64,000 nucleotides of DNA from assembly GCA_964355105.1 (NCBI GenBank), contig CAYHCO010000018.1, positions 5,323 to 69,322 on the forward strand. Reading direction: 5' to 3'. Shown piece by piece: positions 8,845-17,629 of the stretch. How positions within the stretch are numbered: the first letter of the stretch is position 1; each line of letters starts with the position of its first letter. A program made the translations under genes and the position numbers. The stretch is from an uncultured Porphyromonadaceae bacterium. Lineage in GTDB: Bacteria > Bacteroidota > Bacteroidia > Bacteroidales > UBA12481. The notes below the pieces were generated by a model. The model was not told where the DNA came from, ran no database searches, and saw only the letters and a program-made list of their open reading frames with translations.

Positions 8845-9389
8845 TATGGAATCACCGCAGCTGAGAGCGGTATGCTTCCGGGGTATTCATACAGGCTGTG
8901 AGTCCGGTAGGTGAAGGTCATACCCAGACCCCGGCGACCATCGGTCGTGGATCCGGTTCCAGAGCCCTCCCCAGCTGAGAACTTGGCCGAACGCAGCTCG
9001 CATCCGAGCAGGTATTTCTGGTTCTGGTTGTCCTCGGCGATAAAGATCAGGTCCTCGTTCTTGGTGGCGTTCATAAACCCGAGCAGCTTCTTGTTTAGGC
9101 CCGGGGCAAACACTTTCAGGGTGAGTTCATACCCTTTCCCACCCTCTTCGCCGATGGGGCTGATATCCAGACGGGCGGCATCCTCGGTGGTGTACAGCTC
9201 GTACATTCGTTTGCCGGCTTTCATGGTGATATCCCCGGTGAGTGCACCGGCGGCATCGAGAGTGGCCGGCGTAGCAGGCTGAGTCGGCCAGGTGGCTACA
9301 TCGTTCCAGAGACCGAAGTAGATTTTCTGGCCCAGTCCGCCCAGGTTCCTGCCGTCACTCAAAAGTTTTCCTATATCTGCAAAATCCAT
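8844..9389 (-). CDS. phage structural-like protein, 181 aa (paralogue of 11605-12078)
   Basis: Lies immediately downstream of the capsid gene. Shares NLGG(I/L), E(E/S)GG..YE.TL and D(Q/N)N..Y.L(I/L)G motifs with the 157-aa ORF. Confidence 0.7.
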   Translation of the reverse strand: MDFADIGKLLSDGRNLGGLGQKIYFGLWNDVATWPTQPATPATLDAAGALTGDITMKAGKRMYELYTTEDAARLDISPIGEEGGKGYELTLKVFAPGLNKKLLGFMNATKNEDLIFIAEDNQNQKYLLGCELRSAKFSAGEGSGTGSTTDGRRGLGMTFTYRTHSLYEYPGSIPLSAAVIP

Positions 9390-9422
9390 TTTTCCTGTAT
9401 TTTAAAGGTTAATGAACCCTGA

Positions 9423-10382
9423 TTACCCGCCAGGGGCAACAGTGTGTTGCAAGTTGGTCCAGACGGCTCCGTTCATGCCAAAACCGAGGCCTTCCCACCA
9501 GTCGCAGAGGAACGAGACCTCACGCTTGCTCTCCTCGATGGAGAATTTGGTTTTGTTGGCGCTCTTTTTGGTAATGTGCAGGAGGTTGTCCTTCGGTGTG
9601 GCAAAGATTACGTTGGTGCCGTTCAGGCAAGGAAGTTCAACCACGCGCTGGCTGGTAAAGTCGATGGATTCATCGACATCCTTGTCGGAGGTGCGGAAGT
9701 AATGCCCGCTGTCACGCTTGTCCCGGAGGTAATGTTTCCGCCAGGTCTGGGACATGAAGACCGACATTGGGATCCCCTGGTAAATTTGGTCGATCCCGTC
9801 GACGAATGCTTCCACCTGGTCATAGATGGAATCCTTGTCCAGGGCGCCGATATTGACCGGGTTGACGGTTTCATTGTCCACACCATGCTGAAGCTGAAAG
9901 ACAAGTCCGTTCATCCCAGAGCCCGTAACACCGGAGGTGCCAGCGGTCGGTTCAGCATACACACCCTTGCCATATTCAAAGAGCTCCATGTCCTGGTTGA
10001 TCTGCGGGATGTAACCGCGTTCAATCAGGAACTTGGCCAGCGGCCAGTCCTTGCGGGTGACGTTATCGGCTGCCAGGAACCCCAGCCAGGTAGCTTCCAC
10101 GTCGTCCGGGGTGAGATCCTCATCAACTTTGAAGTGGAATAGCCGGATCTCGTTCGGGGTGATGGCTGCAGCATTCCTCGGGGTCCAGCCTTTCTGGAAC
10201 GGCTGCACAATCCTCTGCAGGGAGAGCTTGGCCAGTTTAAAAACGGTATCGTCGGTTTTGATCGGCATGCACACGCCCGGGGTGACAAGACCCTGGGTCA
10301 GCATGGTTTTCACACGGGCCTGGTTCTGGCCCGAGTTCTCGTAATAAGCGCCAAAGGCGCTGATGATTTCATGAATATCCAT
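9423..10382 (-). CDS. putative phage major capsid protein
   Basis: 319-aa ORF directly downstream of the prohead protease/scaffold gene. Its length and pattern are reminiscent of P2-family capsid proteins. The fold was not verified. Confidence 0.65.
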   Translation of the reverse strand: MDIHEIISAFGAYYENSGQNQARVKTMLTQGLVTPGVCMPIKTDDTVFKLAKLSLQRIVQPFQKGWTPRNAAAITPNEIRLFHFKVDEDLTPDDVEATWLGFLAADNVTRKDWPLAKFLIERGYIPQINQDMELFEYGKGVYAEPTAGTSGVTGSGMNGLVFQLQHGVDNETVNPVNIGALDKDSIYDQVEAFVDGIDQIYQGIPMSVFMSQTWRKHYLRDKRDSGHYFRTSDKDVDESIDFTSQRVVELPCLNGTNVIFATPKDNLLHITKKSANKTKFSIEESKREVSFLCDWWEGLGFGMNGAVWTNLQHTVAPGG

Positions 10383-10409
10383 ACGGTTGGTTTGTTTGGT
10401 GGTTAGCGG

Positions 10410-11498
10410 TTAATAGCGATCTTCCTGCATGTGTGGCAGGGAGTTCAAAAGTTCCCAGTCAACCCCGTCCGGAGATGGGGTTTTGTCGCTCGCGGTTTGA
10501 ACGCCGGTAGGTGCAACGGCCGGTTTGGCGGCTAGAAGCATCCGGATGGCCGATACTTTCCCTTCAATGGTTTCTTCGGCGGCCACTTTGGGATCCAGAG
10601 CATTCAGGGCGGTAATTGCCGATTGGCGGTCCCCTATGGCCTGGTCCCGGTCAAGGGCAGCCTGGCGTGAGGCTTCAATTTCCTCGTTGAGAGCGGTTAG
10701 CTGCTCCTCATTCAGGTAGGTGCCCTCGGGGGTAAACTCAAGCGTTGGCACTCCCAGCAGAGAGTGCAGTGCGGTCAGGTTTTTCATATTGAGTATTTGG
10801 TTTACGGTGGTTTTAATAACCGGATAAATCTGGGTCAGAATCGTCTGTGTAGGCGGTTCTTCGCTTGTCAGGCTGACTATCGGTGAAGGTTGGCCGGCCC
10901 TGAGCGGTATTGGCAGGTTGGCGCAGTTGAGCATCGTAACAAGCTTTCGGTTCATGAGCGGGCTTTCCCCCAAAGGGGTCTCAAGAATCTCCTCAATGAA
11001 TCCCCAGGCCAGTGCTTCGTCTGCCGTCAGCCAGGTTTCCTGCTTCATCAGATCCAGAATCTCGGGGGTGGATTTACCGGATTTACGGGCATACATTTTT
11101 GCCAGTACGAGGGTGATCTTCTCAAGTTCACTTTTTTCCTTTTCCAGGGAAAGAATCAGCGCATCCAGATCATCCTCGTTCATGTTACCCCAGGTATCCA
11201 CCCATTGAAGGGCTTTGTGAATGAGGTAAAAGGAATTTGAGTGCATCTGGATCCGTCGGGCTCCTAGCGTTATGAGCGTGGCCGAACTGGCATTAAATGC
11301 CGTGAGGACGACGGTGACATTTCCGTGCTCCACAAACTGGTTATGAATGGCAATGGCGTGATCCACGTCACCCCCAAGGGAAGAGACCCGAATGGTCACG
11401 GGATCCTTGCCGCTGGAGGCGAGAAAATTCCGGATGAAGGATTTTGAGTACCCCCACCCTCCTATAAAGCCATCAATGTCCAATACGTGCTGATCCAT
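10410..11498 (-). CDS. ClpP/S14-family prohead maturation protease fused to a scaffold-like C-terminal region
   Basis: 362 aa. The N-terminal half has ClpP-like motifs (VSSLGGDVDHAIAIHN, FNASSATLITLG, YLIHKA). The C-terminal ~150 aa are Ala/Glu/Leu-rich and coiled-coil-like. Confidence 0.8.
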   Translation of the reverse strand: MDQHVLDIDGFIGGWGYSKSFIRNFLASSGKDPVTIRVSSLGGDVDHAIAIHNQFVEHGNVTVVLTAFNASSATLITLGARRIQMHSNSFYLIHKALQWVDTWGNMNEDDLDALILSLEKEKSELEKITLVLAKMYARKSGKSTPEILDLMKQETWLTADEALAWGFIEEILETPLGESPLMNRKLVTMLNCANLPIPLRAGQPSPIVSLTSEEPPTQTILTQIYPVIKTTVNQILNMKNLTALHSLLGVPTLEFTPEGTYLNEEQLTALNEEIEASRQAALDRDQAIGDRQSAITALNALDPKVAAEETIEGKVSAIRMLLAAKPAVAPTGVQTASDKTPSPDGVDWELLNSLPHMQEDRY

Positions 11499-11604
11499 TT
11501 TGTCCTCCCTGGAATACTACCCAAGCTTAATGGCACCAAATTACAGGCGCCGTGGGCCCCCAAAAAGGACAAAATCCCCGGAAACACAGGGATTGCCAGT
11601 TGGA

Positions 11605-12078
11605 TCAGAAGGGATTGGACATAAATATCGAAGGGTACGGAGAAGTCCCGGTAAATTCCAGACGGATGTGGTTCAGGTCGGAAATCTCAGCTCCCGTGTT
11701 TCTTGCAATACCCACCCTTAACGGATAGGCCTTGCTTCCAATCAAACGATAGAGCCCGTTCTGATCCAGGGTGAGAAGGCTCCAGCGCCCGGACTGCAAG
11801 TCCTCGAGGTATGCCTTGAGCGCCGGGGAATCCCTGGCAATGCTCAGGGATAGGGTTGACTCATAATAGGTTCCACCTGACTCTGTCTTACTCGTCTCAG
11901 AAAATCTTAGTGACTGGAAGATCGGAAGGATCTCCAGGCACTCCAGGGTAAACTCATCGGGTAAAAAAAAGCTATTGGGCTCGGCCGGTTGCCGGGTGAT
12001 GTCCGCCAGTGAGGATGGTATAGCCCATACTTTGGCTATCCCCCCAAGATTGTTGGTGCTTTTGGGTGTTACGTTCAT
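11605..12078 (-). CDS. phage structural-like protein, 157 aa (paralogue of 8844-9389)
   Basis: Shares motifs with the 181-aa protein (NNLGGIAKVW, ESGGTYYESTLSL, DQNGLYRLIG, RLEFTG). Confidence 0.6.
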   Translation of the reverse strand: MNVTPKSTNNLGGIAKVWAIPSSLADITRQPAEPNSFFLPDEFTLECLEILPIFQSLRFSETSKTESGGTYYESTLSLSIARDSPALKAYLEDLQSGRWSLLTLDQNGLYRLIGSKAYPLRVGIARNTGAEISDLNHIRLEFTGTSPYPSIFMSNPF

Positions 12079-12628
12079 ACTCTTTTAGGGTCAAATTCCC
12101 AACTGTCCCAATTTCGGACAGCTGGGTCAAAAATATTTTGGTCAGGTTTTCGGAAATGGTGTTCTTGAAGTTGAACCGATGGACCGCTGCATGCCGCATA
12201 AAGTCCTTCCGGATGGATTCATGGGGCCAGGTATCTTCCGGGATATCGAAGTCGAGGGTGAACCGGTCGATGGCCGTTTCCAGGTTCCCGTAAAAGGTGA
12301 AGTTGATGGCCACAATCACGTGCATCATGTGTTTAAAGGAGCGCTCCACCTCTTTGTTGAATACGATGGCCCCGATCCGGGAGAGGTCAAAGCCAACCCT
12401 CAGAAAGTCATCCTCGGAAAGCAGGATCGAAACGGATTGGGAATAGATCTGTGCACTGAGTCTGCGCGCCGGGTACTTGTCTCTCCTCTGGTTATGAAGG
12501 AGAAGCTTCAGTAGCGGCAAAAACGGGTTGTCCCCCTGGTAGAGGTTCACCGGGTTCCCGAAACTCTGAACCAGGTAATGCCTGACATAAGGCTTACAGG
12601 GAATTTGTAATGAAAAATCTGATTTCAT
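11972..12628 (-). CDS. hypothetical protein, 218 aa
   Basis: Long ORF in the operon with no recognised family. Its 3' end overlaps the next gene by 107 nt. Confidence 0.5.
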   Translation of the reverse strand: MKSDFSLQIPCKPYVRHYLVQSFGNPVNLYQGDNPFLPLLKLLLHNQRRDKYPARRLSAQIYSQSVSILLSEDDFLRVGFDLSRIGAIVFNKEVERSFKHMMHVIVAINFTFYGNLETAIDRFTLDFDIPEDTWPHESIRKDFMRHAAVHRFNFKNTISENLTKIFLTQLSEIGTVGNLTLKEYERNTQKHQQSWGDSQSMGYTILTGGHHPATGRAQ

Positions 12629-12695
12629 GCGGCTTGAGGAATGGTGGTGTAAGGTGACATCGTATGGCTTTTTGATAGGAAATCTGTTCGGTCAT

Positions 12696-12914
12696 CTATT
12701 TCCGGAGTTCTTCAAGCAAGCTGGAAAGGGAGTACCGGTCAGAATGGTCCTGTCCATACAATTTGCACACTTCACTGTTCTTACCCCAGGTGTATGCCGT
12801 CCGGATCATCGATTGGACTTCTTTGTTTTGAAGCAGCTTGCGCCTCTTAAGACTTTGGCTCAGCAGTTCTGTGGGGTTGAAGGTCAGGATCCTGGTTACG
12901 AAATTTAGGTTCAT
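12696..12914 (-). CDS. hypothetical small protein, 72 aa
   Basis: ORF co-oriented with the island operon. No family recognised. Confidence 0.4.
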   Translation of the reverse strand: MNLNFVTRILTFNPTELLSQSLKRRKLLQNKEVQSMIRTAYTWGKNSEVCKLYGQDHSDRYSLSSLLEELRK

Positions 12915-13028
12915 AAAGTTCCCAGTTTATTGATTAATGTGTTAGTCAGTAGGCGGATAGCCTTTTGCTAAAAGAAATGATTGCAGCCAGATGGCGATCA
13001 CGGGTGACTGCCCGGACCTGAAAAAGCC

Positions 13029-13262
13029 TCATGCTACTTTAAATGAGAATTCGTCCCTGTCAAAAACCATAACACTGCCGTCCTCAAGCTCTATGATAGC
13101 TTTAAGGGGGTCCTGGCTATCCGGGTCGTAAATCCATTCATGAAACGCTCCAAGGTCTTTCTCCACGAGGGGTGACCCATCATCATGGGTGGTACAGTAT
13201 CTACACTCCACGATCCGGTAGCCCATTCGTTTCATCTTCTTCGTCCATTGTTTTGTTGTCAT
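13029..13262 (-). CDS. hypothetical small protein, 77 aa
   Basis: ORF co-oriented with the island operon. Contains a CRYC pair. No family recognised. Confidence 0.4.
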   Translation of the reverse strand: MTTKQWTKKMKRMGYRIVECRYCTTHDDGSPLVEKDLGAFHEWIYDPDSQDPLKAIIELEDGSVMVFDRDEFSFKVA

Positions 13263-13521
13263 ACCAGTTTCTTCTAAGGTGGTTTCTTATTGTTGTTTTG
13301 GGGTTCCCGTTAAAAGGCTGTTGTATTACGAGGATCCTGTAATCCGAGGTAAAATACAGATCACGGAGCCATTCCCCGTCCATGAGTTCCTTGACGGCTG
13401 CGATAAACCGTTCCGGTTCCTTGAGGGTATCAACCGGGTAGCGGCCCGGCCTTAGGGCTCTCACCTCTACAAATACTCGGTCCAGGTAATCCATCAGAAA
13501 AAAATATATGGCTGCTTCCAC
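13201..13521 (-). CDS. hypothetical protein, 106 aa
   Basis: ORF co-oriented with the island operon, first gene after the ori region. Overlaps the next ORF by 62 nt. Confidence 0.4.
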   Translation of the reverse strand: MEAAIYFFLMDYLDRVFVEVRALRPGRYPVDTLKEPERFIAAVKELMDGEWLRDLYFTSDYRILVIQQPFNGNPKTTIRNHLRRNWYDNKTMDEEDETNGLPDRGV

Positions 13522-13545
13522 AGGTGCTATCTTTCAGAATTCTTT

Positions 13546-13731
13546 GGAACAGTCGGAACAATGATTGTAACTTATTATTATATAGTTATTTATTTTAAAA
13601 AAGTCTGTTCCAAAGGTGTTCCAGGCTGTTCCCATCTGTTCCAAAGTGTTCCGTATCGTTCCCAGTTGTTCCGGAGAATAACTTCCGGAATGATTTATTA
13701 TCCATGGTGTTCCGTCTGTTCCGTCTGTTCC
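13546..13731. other. putative replication origin (iterons flanking AT-rich segments)
   Basis: Two inverted GGAACA sites (13546, 13555) precede an AT-rich 13561-13603. Seven direct (T)GTTCC follow at 13607, 13618, 13628, 13638, 13648, 13658 and 13668 (10-11 bp phasing). An AT-rich spacer with palindrome ttccggaa is followed by three more GTTCC at 13709, 13718 and 13727. The region lies immediately 3' of the primase/helicase gene. Confidence 0.65.
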
Positions 13732-13780
13732 GGGCGTAATTTCTTCTGGATGGGTTCATAAAATTTTTCAGTTATTAGGG

Positions 13781-16700
13781 TTAAAAGGGCAATTCGCCAG
13801 TAACCGATTGAGAATCTTTCTTTTTAGGCTCATCTTGTACCTTGGTAATCGATGTTTTTTCACTTTGGTCTTCTGTATGCAGGCTTACCTCGAGTTTGTC
13901 GTAATCGAAACAGTAAGCCCATTGAGGTTTGGTCTGATAAACCCCTTCCTGACCCGGTGTCGGATCAATAAACCGGAACCGGGTTCGCTTTTTGCCATAG
14001 TAACGCTTGTCATTTCTAAGGTAATAATCAATGGAATCGGTCGGCAAAACTTTGTCTCCCGCGGATTTGCCATGTTTTCGATAGAGAAGGTAGATGCGGG
14101 ACATCTGGATCAACAGGACATTGACCGGAAACTCGAACTCCGTTTTCCGCACATCGGTCTCAATGGTCCTCTGGCATTCGATCTTATAATCAATTCCTTG
14201 CTGAATAAGACCGTCCGAAGCCAGGAAGTTGACCATGTTCCAGAAGTTTGCTACTTCGCTTGATCGCTTGGTCTCAACATTTTGTAGCTGTATCTGAGAG
14301 GCCGCCTGACCAATCAAGTCCTCATAACTGAAAGCCACCTTGAGGTTCTTTCGGATGGCATGAAATGAGGCCAGCAAGATCAGCCAGTTGCGGAAAATAC
14401 GGTCCTCTATCACCACATCTTCGAGGATCTTGTTCAGCTCAACGGCAACCTGGTCATAACTGGTGGCAAAGTTGACGATGAAGTGGCTTCTCAGTCCCAG
14501 GATTTCGTTGGTGATATGGGTATTACCGAGTTGCTCAATTTGCTTTAGTTCATTGAACCGGGCCTTGGCGGCCTCGTCAAATTCAGCGGTGGTAAAGGTC
14601 AGGTAGACAAGACGGGAGAACAGGGCGATATCTGCCGTTGGCATTTCCTGCCCTGATAGGATTACCCCGCAATCGACGGCCGTGGTTTCCTTCTTCTTGT
14701 CTTTATCCATGTTCATCCGGGTCCTGCCGGTACCATCCCATAGGCCTTTCAGAAACTCAATTTTCTCCGGCTCGATGTTGTTCTTGTACTCGTCGATATG
14801 GACACAGGCGTTGGCCACGGTAGCCACATGGTCCGCCAGTGCGGCTTTAGAAGTGTTGTTGATATTGGGCCCCTTCCCTTGCCTGCCAAAGAAACTCATG
14901 AGGGAAACGGCCAGCTCCGTTTTGCCGGCTCCCTTAGGCCCAAAGAGGTTCAGGATCGGAAAAAAATGAAAACGGCCGACAATAACGTCCCTAAACAGAC
15001 TGGCAATGAAAAAACAAAGCGCAATGGATGCATTGGGCCCGAAAACGCCAATGAGTTTTTCGGAATAAGAATTTAGTGTGATGGTATTGGTATCCCGGTG
15101 GATGAACTGACGTTCATTAATGAAGAGCCCGAGTTCATTGGCATAGGTTCGCGAGAAGGCCGGCAGGTAAAAGTTGGTATCCTCATGCTTGACGATCCCG
15201 TTTTCATCGACCGAAGTGAATCGGGAATTAAAGATTCCGTTTCCCCAGGCAAAGAACTGGTCTTTTTGCCAGCCCAGTTGCGTGATTTCGAGGCAGGATT
15301 CTGTTTCCTCGTATAGAAACCGCTTCAAGCGGTTCAGCTCGACCTCGGAAGCTTCCCAAAGGAAGTTACCGAGGGATTCAATACGCTCCTTGAAGCGGAC
15401 CAGGGAAACCAGGTCTTTTTGCGGAAGTTCGATCACACGGCTTTTCCCCCGGTGGTTGGTGATGGTGAAAAGGCGCTTGGCGTTGAGGGTGGATTCTATG
15501 TGGAACAGGGGTTTCAGGACAAAATTGCACCCCCTGATAATGCCCTTGGAAGTATCGAAAAAGTAACAGTTATTGTCTTCATAGAATCCATAATTGTCCC
15601 AATCCACAAGACTGACATGGTCAGGTATTTTCTTGAAGTCTTTATCATGAATTTCTTCGGATGCATTGTCCCGGAGGATCTCACGGATTTTATCCTTGAA
15701 AGCTTTCTTGGGTTTGATCAGTCGCCCTACCTGCTCGATGTAAACTTCATGACTTGAGGCACTGAGCTTTGATATCAAGCCTGATATTTCCTCGATGGCT
15801 CTGAGCTTAAAATCCGGTGCATGGGCCCGATCCTGCCATTGGGTTGCCAGATCCACGATATAATCACGAATGTGGGTTTTAACGGTTTCCTTGAACTGCT
15901 GTTCGTCAGTAAAGTAGCTGTCCGGATCCACCTTTTCCCCTTCATCGGACGGAAGACGAATTACGTTGCAATTCATTCCTTCCTCAATGATCAGACGGGC
16001 TGAACGGTCGACGGCCATCTGGCCGGCTTTGTCGGTGTCCCCGATGATCGTGATACTGTTGCAAAGTTTTTTAAGCTCCAGGATCTGCTCCCTGGAAAGG
16101 GCTGTTCCGGATGAAGCAACAGTTTCCAAAATACCAATCTGATGCAGCCGGATAACATCGGCATTCCCTTCTACCAGATAGGCAAACCCTTTATTCTTGA
16201 TCGTATGGCAAGCCCAGTTCAGGCCAAAGAGCGCTTTGCTTTTATAGTACACCGGGGTTTCCGGGGTATTGAGGTATTTTGCTTTGGCCTCAGGATCGAA
16301 GGATCGGCCGGTGAACCCGATGATCCGGCCATATTTGTCATGAATCGGGATCATGAGGCGGTTCCGGAAGAAGTCATAGGCTCGTCCATCCATTTTTTGA
16401 CTCTCTTTGATCAGTCCGGCTTTGAAAAGGAATTCACTTTTCATACCTGCCTTTTTCGCGGCATTGATGAGTCCGTCCCAGGATTCCGGAGCAAAACCTA
16501 TTTCCATACGCTTGAGGATCTCTTCGCTCCAGCGACCCCGGGCATATTCCAGGGCACTGTAGTGTTCCGGCAGGTACAGGCAATCCTTAAAATAGGATCC
16601 GGCAAAGGAGTTAACAATGTACAGGGATTCGATTTGGTTCTGGGCGGCCTTTTGATCAGGTGAAAGGCTCTCTTCCAGGATGTCGATTTTGAACTTTTGG

Positions 16701-16957
16701 GCTAGTTTACGACAGGCATCGATAAAGGATACCTTTTCGACTTCCATAACGAATTTGGTGGCATTCCCGGCCATCCCGCATCCGAAGCATTTGAAGATGT
16801 TCTTGGCCGGGCTGACCGATAAACTTGAGGATTTCTCATGATGAAACGGACAGGGTCCAAGCCAGTTTGCTCCTGATTTTTTCAACTTTACATAGTCCTG
16901 GACCACCTCCAGTACTGGTAATGCCGTGATCTGCTCGATAACATTTTGTGGGATCAT
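13781..16957 (-). CDS. DNA primase / helicase fusion (Zn-finger CHC2 + Toprim + P-loop NTPase), P4-alpha-like
   Basis: 1058 aa. Contains CPFHHEKSSS...CFGCG (zinc finger), VEGNADV...GDTDKAG (Toprim) and Walker A GPKGAGKT in the C-terminal half. Confidence 0.9.
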   Translation of the reverse strand: MIPQNVIEQITALPVLEVVQDYVKLKKSGANWLGPCPFHHEKSSSLSVSPAKNIFKCFGCGMAGNATKFVMEVEKVSFIDACRKLAQKFKIDILEESLSPDQKAAQNQIESLYIVNSFAGSYFKDCLYLPEHYSALEYARGRWSEEILKRMEIGFAPESWDGLINAAKKAGMKSEFLFKAGLIKESQKMDGRAYDFFRNRLMIPIHDKYGRIIGFTGRSFDPEAKAKYLNTPETPVYYKSKALFGLNWACHTIKNKGFAYLVEGNADVIRLHQIGILETVASSGTALSREQILELKKLCNSITIIGDTDKAGQMAVDRSARLIIEEGMNCNVIRLPSDEGEKVDPDSYFTDEQQFKETVKTHIRDYIVDLATQWQDRAHAPDFKLRAIEEISGLISKLSASSHEVYIEQVGRLIKPKKAFKDKIREILRDNASEEIHDKDFKKIPDHVSLVDWDNYGFYEDNNCYFFDTSKGIIRGCNFVLKPLFHIESTLNAKRLFTITNHRGKSRVIELPQKDLVSLVRFKERIESLGNFLWEASEVELNRLKRFLYEETESCLEITQLGWQKDQFFAWGNGIFNSRFTSVDENGIVKHEDTNFYLPAFSRTYANELGLFINERQFIHRDTNTITLNSYSEKLIGVFGPNASIALCFFIASLFRDVIVGRFHFFPILNLFGPKGAGKTELAVSLMSFFGRQGKGPNINNTSKAALADHVATVANACVHIDEYKNNIEPEKIEFLKGLWDGTGRTRMNMDKDKKKETTAVDCGVILSGQEMPTADIALFSRLVYLTFTTAEFDEAAKARFNELKQIEQLGNTHITNEILGLRSHFIVNFATSYDQVAVELNKILEDVVIEDRIFRNWLILLASFHAIRKNLKVAFSYEDLIGQAASQIQLQNVETKRSSEVANFWNMVNFLASDGLIQQGIDYKIECQRTIETDVRKTEFEFPVNVLLIQMSRIYLLYRKHGKSAGDKVLPTDSIDYYLRNDKRYYGKKRTRFRFIDPTPGQEGVYQTKPQWAYCFDYDKLEVSLHTEDQSEKTSITKVQDEPKKKDSQSVTGELPF

Positions 16958-17037
16958 TGAAATCAGGTATTGCGCTGGGAAGGGTATAAAAGCTTGGGGT
17001 TATCCAAGGACATTTTGTGGAGCATGGAGGAATCCTG

Positions 17038-17385
17038 TTAGTTAAAAGAAAACGCTGGCAATGGAAGGAGGACGTTTGTATCCATGGCGATGGCCCTGGC
17101 CATTCGACTTAGAACGGTAAAGTTCAGGATGGTAATTTCGTGCACTGGACTTCTCCGGCCCGGAATTAGTGCGGCGATTTCCTGGGAGTGCTGGATCCAG
17201 AACCGGGCCATCTTTAGGTCAGTATCGTATTGATATGCATCCAGGTATTTCTCCAATTCCCAAAGGCAGGAATTGATGAAACCCGGATCGGCCTTTGACT
17301 GACCCGATGCAATGAGGTATCTACGCTGCCTGATGAGCATCTGAACAAATTCAGCAGCAGCTACGTGAAAAGTGCTATTCATCAT
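17038..17385 (-). CDS. hypothetical protein (~115 aa)
   Basis: The ORF in the track runs 17038-17412. The start is more likely the ATGATG at 17385/17382, next to the stop of the upstream ORF. Confidence 0.4.
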   Translation of the reverse strand: MMNSTFHVAAAEFVQMLIRQRRYLIASGQSKADPGFINSCLWELEKYLDAYQYDTDLKMARFWIQHSQEIAALIPGRRSPVHEITILNFTVLSRMARAIAMDTNVLLPLPAFSFN

Positions 17386-17629
17386 CCGTGCGTTTCTGAA
17401 TATAATTGCCAATGTCTTCGGCTAACTGGGCAGTTGAGTTGTACTCGGTTTCATAGGATTCCCCTTCAATGACGATTGGCATTCGGGAATTGCGGTTTTT
17501 TGCCAGGTGCATCAGGTGGGACAAAAGGGCCCGATGGATTAATTTCAGGGCCCTGGTACTGGATTGCGGATTCACCACTAAGGCCATGGGATCAATAAGA
17601 GTTTGAACGGAGCGTTTGGTTTTGTTCAT
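17375..17629 (-). CDS. hypothetical small protein, 84 aa
   Basis: ORF in the island early operon. Its ATGA overlaps the upstream ORF. Confidence 0.4.
   Translation of the reverse strand: MNKTKRSVQTLIDPMALVVNPQSSTRALKLIHRALLSHLMHLAKNRNSRMPIVIEGESYETEYNSTAQLAEDIGNYIQKRTDDE

Noticed and set aside
9423-11498. The capsid-like protein plus neighbour as an encapsulin nanocompartment operon.
   Set aside because: - The partner is a ClpP-type prohead protease with a scaffold-like tail, not a cargo enzyme with a targeting peptide.
- The genes sit in an operon with a primase/helicase, an iteron ori and XRE switch genes.
- This points to a virus-derived mobile element.
13600-13735. The regularly spaced short repeats could be mistaken for a CRISPR array.
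   Set aside because: The repeat core is only 5-6 nt with a 9-11-bp period, so there are no spacers of 25-40 nt. No cas genes are present. The architecture fits iterons.
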